Positions 8,952 through 17,894 of a DNA stretch of 64,000 bases are shown one piece after another. Under the pieces are notes generated by a model, which saw only the letters and a program-made list of their open reading frames with translations, was not told the DNA's origin and made no database searches. The DNA is from Chthonomonadaceae bacterium (GTDB taxonomy: Bacteria; Armatimonadota; Chthonomonadetes; Chthonomonadales; Chthonomonadaceae), in assembly GCA_035650735.1 (NCBI GenBank), contig DASRGZ010000166.1:1-64000 (forward strand), in the 5' to 3' direction. The translations under genes were made by a program, and so were the position numbers. Positions within the stretch are counted from its first letter, which is position 1. Every line of letters begins with the position of its first letter.

Positions 8952-10244
8952 GTGGATAGAGAACAGCTTCTTTCTGAATTGGAGGCCGTGGTTGGCGGGG
9001 ACAATCTGCGCACCGGCACAGAGGCCGCTTCGGTCTATGGTCTGCCCACCTGTTGGGAGGCGAAACCGCTGGCGCTGGTGACCCCCGGCTCGGCGGCGGA
9101 GATCGCGGAGGTCGTCAGGGCCGCCGAGCGCGCGGGCGCGGCGCTGCTGCCCTACGGCGGCGGCACGCAGGTCCAGACCGGCTACCCGCCTCGCGCCGAT
9201 AAGCCCTACCTGCTGCTGAGTACGGCCCGCCTCCATCGCGTGCTAGACTACCAGCCCGACGACCTGACCGTTACCTGTGAGCCGGGCCTGACCCTGGCCG
9301 CGCTACAGGAGGCGCTTGCGACCCGGCATCAGTTCCTTCCGCTGGATGTCCCGCTGCCGGAACGCGCCACGCTCGGCGGCATCGTCTCCACCAACGCCAC
9401 CGGCTTCTGGAGGCCGGCCTACGGCGCACCGCGCGACCTGGGGATCGGCCTGCGCGCCATTATGACCGGCGGCACCGAGGTCAAAGGCGGCGGCAAGGTG
9501 GTCAAAAACGTCGCCGGATACGATGTGTGCAAGCTCTTCACCGGCGCGTGGGGCACGCTGGGCATGCTGACGGAAATTACCTTCAAGGTCCGCACGCTGC
9601 CGGAGGCGGAGCGCGCTCTGGCCTGGGACGCGCCCGATCTGACGACGGCGGCGCGCGTGGGCCTGGCGCTCCATCACGCCCGCCTGGCCGCCACGTACCT
9701 GCTCGCCACCAACGAGCTCGACGGCAGGCCGCGCCTGATTCTGGGCTTGCAGGGCACGGCGGCGCGCGTGGACTGGCAGGCCGCCGAATTTGCCCGCCTT
9801 GCCGCCGAAGCCGGGCTGCCCGCCGCTCCTATCCGGCTCGCGCCCGAACAGATTACCGCGCTGCGCAACCGACAGGCCCGCAACGATCCCGATACGCCCA
9901 TCGCCGCTCGCATCTCCTGCCTGCCTGCCGCCGTCGCCGAATTTGTGAGAACGCTGGAAACCCTCCCCGGACTCTCCCTGACGGCCCACTGCGCCACGGG
10001 AACCGTCGCCCTCGCTGCAACTAATCCGGTCCCCTCTCCGGTCAATATAGTGAACTTACTGAAGGAGGCGCTGCCGCAAGGCGCGAACCTGACCTGGATA
10101 CGCCTGGATGGCGACTTCCCAGGCCGCGAGTCTATCGCCCTCTGGGGCGTGCCGCGCGAGGACTTTCGGCTACAGCGCGCCCTCAAGCAGTCCCTCGATC
10201 CCAAAAACACCTTCAGTCCGGGCCGGTTTCTGGCCGGATTGTAG
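8952..10244 (+). CDS. glcE: FAD-binding oxidoreductase, glycolate oxidase subunit GlcE
   Basis: GGGT, ATLGG, GGKVVKNVAGYD..KLFTGAWGTLG, C-terminal LDP...FSPGR. Confidence 0.88.
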   Translation: MDREQLLSELEAVVGGDNLRTGTEAASVYGLPTCWEAKPLALVTPGSAAEIAEVVRAAERAGAALLPYGGGTQVQTGYPPRADKPYLLLSTARLHRVLDYQPDDLTVTCEPGLTLAALQEALATRHQFLPLDVPLPERATLGGIVSTNATGFWRPAYGAPRDLGIGLRAIMTGGTEVKGGGKVVKNVAGYDVCKLFTGAWGTLGMLTEITFKVRTLPEAERALAWDAPDLTTAARVGLALHHARLAATYLLATNELDGRPRLILGLQGTAARVDWQAAEFARLAAEAGLPAAPIRLAPEQITALRNRQARNDPDTPIAARISCLPAAVAEFVRTLETLPGLSLTAHCATGTVALAATNPVPSPVNIVNLLKEALPQGANLTWIRLDGDFPGRESIALWGVPREDFRLQRALKQSLDPKNTFSPGRFLAGL

Positions 10245-10261
10245 CTTATCAGGAAACATCC

Positions 10262-11677
10262 GTGCTCTTGACCATCACCTGCGAAGCCGAGCGCGCCACC
10301 GATCTCGGCTATCTCCTGCACAAGAACCCGGCCAGCATCTTTACGGCTCAGAAGTGGTTTGGCGGCATCACCGTCTTCTACCCGGAGGCGGACGAGCGCC
10401 GCTGCACTGCCGCGCTGCTGCTGGACGTGGACCCGGTCGGCCTGGTGCGCAACAACGGACGTGCCAATGGATTGGATCAATACGTCAACGACCGGCCCTA
10501 CGTGGCATCGAGCCTGCTGGGCGTCGCCCTTATCGAGGCGTTCAGCACAGCCATGAACGGACGCAGCAAGGAGCGCTCAGAGCGCGTGACGGAGAAGATG
10601 CCGCTGCGCGCCCATCTGGCCGCCTTAAATTGCGCAGGAGGCGCGGAGATGGTGACGCGCCTGTTCGCGCCGCTCGGCTATGTTGTAACCGCACAGCGCG
10701 CGCCGCTGGATGGGCGCTTCCCGGCCTGGGGCGAGTCCAGTATCTATTCGGTGACGCTGGAGGGCCGGCAGACCGTCCAGGACTTACTAACGCATCTCTA
10801 CGTGCTGATCCCGGTGCTGGACAACGCCAAGCACTACTACGTGGGCGCGGACGAGGTTGAAAAGCTGCTCAAGAAGGGCGAGCGCTGGCTGGCCGATCAC
10901 CCGGAGAAGGAGCTTATCACGCGCCGCTACCTGAGCTATCGGCAGGCTATGATCCGCGAGGCGCTGGCCCGGCTGGAGCCGGTGCGCGAGGATGCGACGG
11001 AGACCCAGGAGGAGGCGGACGCGCGTCAGGAGGCGCAGGAGGTCGCCGTCGAAGAGCCGCTGCGCCTGAATGAGGCGCATATGCAGGCCGCGCTGGCGGC
11101 GGTGCGCTCCCTGGAGCCTCCGGCCCGCCGCGTCCTGGACCTGGGCTGTGGCGAAGGCCGCCTGCTGAAGCTCCTGCTGGCCGAGCGCAGCCTGGCGGAG
11201 ATCGTTGGCGTGGATGTGGCGGCGCACACCCTGGAGCGCGCGGCACAGCGGCTCCGCCTGGAAACTCTGCCGGAACGCCAGCGGGCGCGCATCCGGCTTT
11301 TTCAGGGTTCGCTCGTCTACCGCGACGACCGATTTTGCGGCTTCGACGCGGCCCTGCTCATTGAGGTCATCGAGCATTTGGACCCGCCGCGCCTGGCCGC
11401 GCTGGAGGCTGTCGTGTTCCGGAACGCCCGCCCGCGCCGCGTCGTCGTCACCACGCCCAACGCCGAGTATAACGCGAAGTGGCCCTCGCTTCCCGCCGGG
11501 AAGTTCCGCCATCGCGACCACCGCTTTGAGTGGACGCGCGCGCAGTTTTGGGAATGGGCGGAGCGTGTGGCCGAGCAGACGGGCTACGCCGTGACGTTCC
11601 AGGGCATCGGCCCGGAGGACGCTGACCTGGGCAGCCCGACGCAGATGGCCGTCTTCGACCTTATCGCCCCGCTATAG
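10262..11677 (+). CDS. hen1: Bacterial Hen1 3'-terminal RNA ribose 2'-O-methyltransferase
   Basis: ATDLGYLLHKNP, YVNDRPY N-domain; DLGCGEG, EVIEH, TTPNAEYN, RHRDHRFEWTR. Confidence 0.97.
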   Translation: MLLTITCEAERATDLGYLLHKNPASIFTAQKWFGGITVFYPEADERRCTAALLLDVDPVGLVRNNGRANGLDQYVNDRPYVASSLLGVALIEAFSTAMNGRSKERSERVTEKMPLRAHLAALNCAGGAEMVTRLFAPLGYVVTAQRAPLDGRFPAWGESSIYSVTLEGRQTVQDLLTHLYVLIPVLDNAKHYYVGADEVEKLLKKGERWLADHPEKELITRRYLSYRQAMIREALARLEPVREDATETQEEADARQEAQEVAVEEPLRLNEAHMQAALAAVRSLEPPARRVLDLGCGEGRLLKLLLAERSLAEIVGVDVAAHTLERAAQRLRLETLPERQRARIRLFQGSLVYRDDRFCGFDAALLIEVIEHLDPPRLAALEAVVFRNARPRRVVVTTPNAEYNAKWPSLPAGKFRHRDHRFEWTRAQFWEWAERVAEQTGYAVTFQGIGPEDADLGSPTQMAVFDLIAPL

Positions 11678-11690
11678 GAGCCTGAGAGCC

Positions 11691-12350
11691 ATGTATATCC
11701 CCGCCTCGTTTCGGGTAGAAAATCCCGCCGTGCTGCACGACCTGATGCGGCAGTTCAGCTTCGCTACGCTGGTAACGAATGATGACAACGGGCGGCCCTT
11801 CGCCAGCCATCTGCCGTTCCTGCTGGACGCCGAACGCGGCCCGCACGGCACTTTACGCGCGCACATGGCGCGGGCGAACCCGCAGTGGCGGCAGTTCCGG
11901 GAAGGCAGCGAGGCGCTGGTTATTTTCCAGGGGCCGCACGCCTATATCTCCCCGTCCTGGTACGAGGTCCATCCGAGCGTGCCGACCTGGAACTACGCGG
12001 TCGTCCATGCCTACGGGGTGCCGCGCCTGCTGGGAGAGGAGGCGCTCTATCTCATGCTCAAAGACCTGGTGAACACCTACGAGTCGGGTTTCGAGCGGCC
12101 CTGGTCGTTCGACGAGGCGGAAGCGCATGTGGGGAGTATGCTGCGCGCTATCGTCGGGTTTGACATCGAGATCACGCGGCTGGAGGGCAAATTCAAGCTG
12201 AGCCAGAACCGCTCGCAAGCCGACAAGGAGCGCGTCATCGCTGCGCTGGAGCAGGCTGCCGATCCCTTCAGCGCCGAACTCGCCGCCTGGATGCGTGATT
12301 CCATGCCATCAGGGGACGGAAGCGCCGGCTCACCGGACAGAAGGAAGTGA
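11691..12350 (+). CDS. paiB: PaiB-like FMN-binding protein
   Basis: MYIP..F, SHLPF, HMARANPQW, GPHAYISPSWY, VPTWNY, GKFKLSQNRS. Confidence 0.93.
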   Translation: MYIPASFRVENPAVLHDLMRQFSFATLVTNDDNGRPFASHLPFLLDAERGPHGTLRAHMARANPQWRQFREGSEALVIFQGPHAYISPSWYEVHPSVPTWNYAVVHAYGVPRLLGEEALYLMLKDLVNTYESGFERPWSFDEAEAHVGSMLRAIVGFDIEITRLEGKFKLSQNRSQADKERVIAALEQAADPFSAELAAWMRDSMPSGDGSAGSPDRRK

Positions 12351-12365
12351 ACCTCTCTGGTCTCC

Positions 12366-13044
12366 GCCCGGCCCTAAAGGACCGGGCTGCGGACGGCAAG
12401 CCCCGTGAACGGGGCTGCGCCAAGTAGATCGGTGCCTGTAAGGGGCAAAGGCGCTCCAGCGCTCCGCTCGGAGAAGCTCCCGGAGGCCCGTTGCCTATCT
12501 AAAATGAGGCAAAGCCTATGTCTCATGCCTTTCACCAGCTCTACTACCATATTGCCTGGACCACCACAGGCCGCCTGCCACTCCTTACGGAGGAAATACG
12601 CGCCTGGCTGTTAAAGTGCGTGGAAGACGAAAGCCGCAGACGGGGGCCATTGTACTGGCATGTAACGGTATGCCTGATCATATCCACCTATTTGTTACTC
12701 TGCCGCCTACGATTAGCCCAGCGGCATTCATCGGACAGGTCAAGGGCGCTACCGCGTATGCCTATAACAAGAATTCCAACGGTGGCGCTCCTCTGATATG
12801 GCAGGAAGGCTATGGCGTCATCACCGTTCGCAAAGGGGAGGCAGACAAAATCGTGCGCTATGTCGAAAATCAACAGGAGATACACGCCCGCCGCAAAGCC
12901 TCCCGACTCCTGGAAACAATCGCTCCCGAAGACGCAATCTCTTCCCAGTAGTCCCCGGATACCTTCGTCTTGGGGAGCAGGTAAGCCTTGCTCAGCCCGC
13001 TTTAGCGGGCTTGCCGTCCTCAGCCCGGTCCTTTAGGGCCGGGC
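12366..13044 (+). mobile_element. REP-flanked IS200/RAYT-type element
   Basis: 52-bp near-perfect inverted double-hairpin repeats at 12366-12417 and 12993-13044 bracket an HUH transposase gene. Confidence 0.85.
12518..12951 (+). pseudogene. tnpA: IS200/IS605-type (RAYT-like) tyrosine transposase, frameshifted at the G run 12642-12646
   Basis: LYYHIAWTT in one frame; GMPDHIH (HUH), WQEGYG, RYVENQ in another; one added G restores a single ORF. Confidence 0.88.
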
Positions 13045-13059
13045 AGGAGAGATACAGCG

Positions 13060-13679
13060 ATGAAACGCAGAGGCTCGGTTGGCTTGGTGATGCTCCTTTT
13101 GGTTGGCGGCTTGCTGGCTATTCCTGTCTGGCTCACCTATAGGGCTGTCCAGCAAGAGAAGGCAAACGCTGCCCTGATTGCTGAGGTGAAGAAGAACGAC
13201 ACTGCCGGAGTGATTGCCGCTCTCAAAGAAGGGGCTGCCCCCAATGACAGAGCCTTGCCCCCGGATACCCACCCGTTCTGGCAGCATCTCTGGGATGCCT
13301 TGCGGGGAAGACACCGACGAACCGAGGAGGCCCCGACAGCTTTGCTGGTAGCTCTGATGCCACGTTCAGACCTTGTGCATGGAGGCTCCTTCCTTCCCCC
13401 AGAGAACCCGGCCCTCATTCAAGCCCTGCTCAACAAAGGAACCGAGGTCAATGTCCTCTACCAGAACAAGGTTAGTGGCTGGCGTGACTCCCCGCTTATT
13501 CTAGCTACAACGTATAATAAGCGGGCCACCATCAAACTGCTTCTGGAATACGGGCCGATGTGAATATCCCAAACCATAATGGCAGATCCCTCCTCGCCGA
13601 AGCCCTCACATATGCCCCAGGTTATCGGGAGTATCGAGAAATCATCGCCCTGTTGCAGAAGGCAGGGGCAAGGAAGTAG
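13060..13679 (+). pseudogene. Membrane-anchored ankyrin-repeat protein, frameshifted near 13552-13554
   Basis: TM helix, SPLILA...TIKLLLEYG; one added G continues ADVNIPNHNGRS...IIALLQKAGARK to TAG 13677-13679. Confidence 0.8.
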
Positions 13680-13759
13680 GTAATCCCTCCCAACCGTGTT
13701 GACGCTTCTCATGGAGCGCACGCTTTTGAGATGTATCCACACGATTGGGGGTGTCTACC
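13679..13759. mobile_element. 81-bp MITE with IS1-like terminal inverted repeats and an 8-bp target duplication
   Basis: Ends GGTAATCCCTCCCAACCGTG / GGTAGACACCCCCAATCGTG (reverse complement); AGGAAGTA at 13671-13678 and 13760-13767. Confidence 0.85.
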
Positions 13760-13781
13760 AGGAAGTAGATTGTCAGGAAAT

Positions 13782-16421
13782 ATGGAATCATCAACGCCTA
13801 CTGTATTACAGATACCGGATTTCGCTCTCGTCGTGCTGATCGGCGTGAGCGGCAGCGGTAAATCCACGTTCGCGGCCAGGCACTTCCTGCCGACCGAGGT
13901 TCTTTCCTCCGATGCGTTTCGCGCGCTCGTCAGCGACGACGAGAACGATCAGAGCGCCACCAAAGACGCCTTCGACGCGCTCCACTATCTGGCTTCCATT
14001 CGCCTGCGCCGCCGCAAGCTGACCGTCATTGATGCCACGAACGTGCAGGCCGAGGCGCGCAAGCCCCTGCTGGAGCTTGCCAACCGCCATGACTGCCTGG
14101 CGGTCGCCATCGTGCTGGACGTGCCGGAGCGCGTCTGCCAGGCCCGCAACCGCGACCGCGCCGACCGGCAGTTGGGCCCGCATGTCGTCGTCAACCAGAG
14201 CCGCCAGTTGCGCAAATCGCTGCGCAGCCTGCGTCGGGAGGGATTCCGCTATATCTACACGCTCGACGAGGCGCAGATCGCCGCAGCGCAGGTTACACGC
14301 ACGCCGCTCTGGACGGACAGGCGCAACGAGCGCGGCTCCTTCGACATCATCGGCGACGTACACGGCTGCTATGACGAACTGACGGACCTGCTCACGGCGC
14401 TGGGGTATGCTCCCTCCCCACGCGCCGTCGAGGGAATAGAGGGCGTGCCGGAGGTCTGGGCGCATCCGGAAGGACGCCGCGTCCTCTTCCTGGGCGACCT
14501 GGTGGACCGGGGGCCGAAAGTCGTGGCGACGGTGGAGTTGGCGCGGGCGATGGTCGCTGCCGGAACCGCACTCTGCGTCCCCGGCAACCACGACATCAAG
14601 CTCAAGCGTGCCCTGGAGGGCAAGAACGTCAACATCGCGCACGGCCTGGCCGAGAGCCTGGAGCAGATCGCGGCGCTGCCTCCTGAGCAGCAGGAAGCCT
14701 TCAAGGCCAACTATACCGCGTTCGCCGAGGCGCTGGTGTCGCACCTCTGGCTGGACGGCGGGCGGCTGTGCGTGGCGCACGCGGGCATGAAGGAGGAGTA
14801 TATTGGGCGGGCGTCGGGGCGCGTGCGGGATTTTGCGCTCTACGGCGAGACGACCGGCGAGACGGACGAGTTCGGCCTGCCGGTGCGCTACCCCTGGGCG
14901 CAGGACTATCGCGGCACTGCGAGCGTCATCTACGGCCACACGCCGGTTCCCGAAGTGGAATGGCTCAACAACACCCTCAACATAGATACCGGCTGCATCT
15001 TCGGCGGCAAGCTGACGGCGCTGCGCTGGCCGGAACGGGAGGTCGTGCAGGTCGCCGCCCGCGCCACCTACGCCGCGCCCGCGCGCCCCTTCCAGATAGA
15101 GACGCCGCCAACGGCAGAGGCGACGCCCGCCCCGGAAGAGGCCGGCACACCTCTCTCGCTACAGTGGCAGCATGACGAACTGCTGCGCGCCGAGGACGTG
15201 CTGGGAAAGCGCCATATTGAGACGCGCCTGATGAGCAACGTCACCATCCCCGCAGAGAACGCTGCCGCCGCGCTGGAGGTGATGAGCCGCTTTGCCGTCG
15301 AGCCGCGCTGGCTGATCTACCTGCCGCCAACCATGTCGCCCTGCGAGACGGCAAAGGACGGCGACGCGCTGGAGCGGCCTGCCGAAGCCTTCGCCTACTA
15401 CCGCAGTCAGGGCATCGGGCAGGTGATCTGCCAGCGCAAGCACATGGGCAGCCGCGCCGTGGTAGTCCTCTGTCGGGACGAGGCTGCCGCGCGCCGCCGC
15501 TTCGGGGCCACCTCCTGCGCCGACGCGCCGGGCCAGTGCTACACGCGCACCGGACGGCAGTTCTTCGATGAGCCGGAACTGCACGCGGCCCTGCTCAATG
15601 AGGTCGCTGCCGCCCTGACACGCGCGAACTTCTGGGAGGAGTTCGACACGGATTGGGTCTGCCTGGACTGCGAGCTCATGCCCTGGAACGCCAAAGCGCA
15701 GGGCCTGCTGCGCGAGCAGTACGCTCCCGTCGGCGCGGCGGCCCGAACGGCGCTGGCACAGGCCATCGAGACGGTGGAGATAGGAGCGGCGCGCGGCCTG
15801 GACGTGACGGCCACCCTGGAGAGCCTGCGGCGGCGGCAGGAAGATGTCGCCCGCTACTCCGCCGCCTACGCCCGCTATTGCTGGGACGTGCGCGGCCTGG
15901 AGGACATCCGCCTGGCCCCGTTTCACCTGCTGGCGACGGAAGGCCGCACCTACTTCGACCGCGACCACGCCTGGCACGTGACCACGCTGGCCCGCCTGGC
16001 CGAACAGAGCGATCTGCTGCTTGCCACCGACTGCCGCTGCGTCCAGACCGACGCGGAGGCATCTCAGGCGGAGGGCGCGGCCTGGTGGCAGGAGTTGACG
16101 GCGGCGGGCGGCGAGGGCATGGTGGTCAAGCCGCTGTTGTTTGTCGCGCGCGGGCCGAAGGGGTTGATTCAGCCTGCGGTCAAGGTGCGCGGGCGCGAGT
16201 ATCTGCGCATCATCTACGGCCCGGAGTACACCGAGCCGATGAATCTAGAGCGCCTGCGGCAGCGCAGCCTCGGCACGAAGCGCAGCCTGGCCCTGCGGGA
16301 ATTCGCGCTCGGCGTGGAGGGATTGGAGCGCTTCGTGCGGAAAGAACCGCTGCGGCGCGTCCATGAGTGCGTCTTCGGCGTGCTCGCCCTGGAAAGCGAG
16401 CCGGTTGATCCCCGGCTGTAA
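13782..16421 (+). CDS. pnkp: Polynucleotide kinase-phosphatase-ligase Pnkp (RNA repair)
   Basis: P-loop GVSGSGKST; phosphoesterase GDVHG/GDLVDRG/GNHD; ligase KHMGSR, EGMVVKP; C-terminal ESEPVDPRL. Start set at ATG 13782 because the longer ORF begins inside the MITE. Confidence 0.97.
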   Translation: MESSTPTVLQIPDFALVVLIGVSGSGKSTFAARHFLPTEVLSSDAFRALVSDDENDQSATKDAFDALHYLASIRLRRRKLTVIDATNVQAEARKPLLELANRHDCLAVAIVLDVPERVCQARNRDRADRQLGPHVVVNQSRQLRKSLRSLRREGFRYIYTLDEAQIAAAQVTRTPLWTDRRNERGSFDIIGDVHGCYDELTDLLTALGYAPSPRAVEGIEGVPEVWAHPEGRRVLFLGDLVDRGPKVVATVELARAMVAAGTALCVPGNHDIKLKRALEGKNVNIAHGLAESLEQIAALPPEQQEAFKANYTAFAEALVSHLWLDGGRLCVAHAGMKEEYIGRASGRVRDFALYGETTGETDEFGLPVRYPWAQDYRGTASVIYGHTPVPEVEWLNNTLNIDTGCIFGGKLTALRWPEREVVQVAARATYAAPARPFQIETPPTAEATPAPEEAGTPLSLQWQHDELLRAEDVLGKRHIETRLMSNVTIPAENAAAALEVMSRFAVEPRWLIYLPPTMSPCETAKDGDALERPAEAFAYYRSQGIGQVICQRKHMGSRAVVVLCRDEAAARRRFGATSCADAPGQCYTRTGRQFFDEPELHAALLNEVAAALTRANFWEEFDTDWVCLDCELMPWNAKAQGLLREQYAPVGAAARTALAQAIETVEIGAARGLDVTATLESLRRRQEDVARYSAAYARYCWDVRGLEDIRLAPFHLLATEGRTYFDRDHAWHVTTLARLAEQSDLLLATDCRCVQTDAEASQAEGAAWWQELTAAGGEGMVVKPLLFVARGPKGLIQPAVKVRGREYLRIIYGPEYTEPMNLERLRQRSLGTKRSLALREFALGVEGLERFVRKEPLRRVHECVFGVLALESEPVDPRL

Positions 16422-16442
16422 TCAAACGTATAGATAGGTACT

Positions 16443-17756
16443 ATGTCCCAACCCCTTGACGATAAGACGATAAAATGCATCCGGTGCGGGTTCTGCCTGG
16501 ATGCCTGCCCCACCTTCCGCCTGACCGGCCAGGAGACGCGCGGCCCACGCGGGCGTATCTACCTGGTGCGCTCGTGGCGGGAGGGCGTCATTCCCTTCGA
16601 CACAGATGTCGTGGAGGCGCTGGATACCTGCCTGGGCTGCCGGGCGTGCGAGACAGCCTGCCCTTCCGGCGTGGAGTACGGCAGTATCCTGGAGATGGCC
16701 CGCGCCCACATCGAGGAGAGCCACCTGCGCCCCACCGCGCAGACCTTCGCCCGCTCCCAATTGCTCGCCACGCTGACCAATCCGGGACGACTGGCAGCCT
16801 CGCTCAAGGCGGCAGGCCTCTTCGGCAAGCTGACCGGCGGCAAGATGCCCGGCTTTGCCGCAAAGCTCCTCTCCGGCTCCGACAACGCCGCCGTGTCGCT
16901 CCCCGTGCCGCAGGGCGAGGCGAAAGTTCACACGCTACCGGAGCGCAGCCCGGCCAAAGGCGCGAAACGCTACACGGTCGGAATCCTGGCGGGCTGCGTC
17001 ATGCGCGTGCTCTTTGGCGGCACGAACGCTGCCACCGTGCGCGTACTGCAGGCCAACGGCTGCGAGGTTGTTGCGCCGCCGTCGGCAGGCTGCTGCGGCG
17101 CGCTCCACCTGCATACCGGCTTTCATACCGACGCCTTGATGCGTGCGCGCGCCCTGATAGATGCCTTCGCCCCCTACATGGCAGAGTTAGATGCCATCGT
17201 CGTCAACTCAGCGGGCTGCGGCTCGACCATGAAGGAGTATGGCGACCTGCTGGCCGACGACCCTGCCTACCGCGATAAGGCGCAGGCGTTCGCGGCGAAG
17301 GTGCGTGACGTGAGTGAGTGGCTGGCTGAGATCGACCTCGTTCCCCCGACGAAGCGCCTGGAGGCCGTCGTCACCTACCACGACGCCTGCCACCTGACGC
17401 ACGGCCAGAAGATACGCCAGCAGCCGCGCCAGCTTTTGCAGCAGATACCGGGCGTCACGCTCGTCGAACTGGAGGAGTCGGATACCTGTTGTGGCAGCGC
17501 GGGCGTCTACAACATCACCGAGCCGGAACTGGCCCGCCGCCTGCTCGACCGCAAGGTCGCCAATCTCCGCGCCACCGGCGCCACCATCGTCGCGACGGGC
17601 AACCCCGGCTGTCTGGCCTGGATACAGCAGGGCGCCAAAGAGGCGGGCCTGCATGTCCGTATCTGCCACCCTATCGAACTGCTCGACGAGGCGTACTCGC
17701 AACCGAACTTTTCACCCACTGATAAAAAACTTTCCAACAGGATGAACAGGATTTAG
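16443..17756 (+). CDS. glcF: Glycolate oxidase iron-sulfur subunit GlcF
   Basis: Two CxxCxxCxxxCP motifs, two CCG domains, YHDACHL. Confidence 0.92.
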   Translation: MSQPLDDKTIKCIRCGFCLDACPTFRLTGQETRGPRGRIYLVRSWREGVIPFDTDVVEALDTCLGCRACETACPSGVEYGSILEMARAHIEESHLRPTAQTFARSQLLATLTNPGRLAASLKAAGLFGKLTGGKMPGFAAKLLSGSDNAAVSLPVPQGEAKVHTLPERSPAKGAKRYTVGILAGCVMRVLFGGTNAATVRVLQANGCEVVAPPSAGCCGALHLHTGFHTDALMRARALIDAFAPYMAELDAIVVNSAGCGSTMKEYGDLLADDPAYRDKAQAFAAKVRDVSEWLAEIDLVPPTKRLEAVVTYHDACHLTHGQKIRQQPRQLLQQIPGVTLVELEESDTCCGSAGVYNITEPELARRLLDRKVANLRATGATIVATGNPGCLAWIQQGAKEAGLHVRICHPIELLDEAYSQPNFSPTDKKLSNRMNRI

Positions 17757-17866
17757 CAGGATTAAACAGGATTCCTAAAAGACGAACAAGGCCCTACTGA
17801 TAATCATTGTGAATTGTTCTCTAGCCCTAATCCTGTAAATCCTGAAAAATCCTGTTCATCCTGTTG
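17735..17866. repeat. Long inverted repeat built of (AA)CAGGAT 9-10-mers
   Basis: CAACAGGATGAACAGGATT...AATCCTGTTCATCCTGTTG; second copy at 49473-49703. Confidence 0.9.
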
Positions 17867-17894
17867 AGGTTTTGGCTTTTGGGAGGTAGCGACT

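Noticed and set aside
13731..13781. Longer Pnkp start
   Set aside because: Begins inside the MITE; ATG 13782 fits the kinase domain start.
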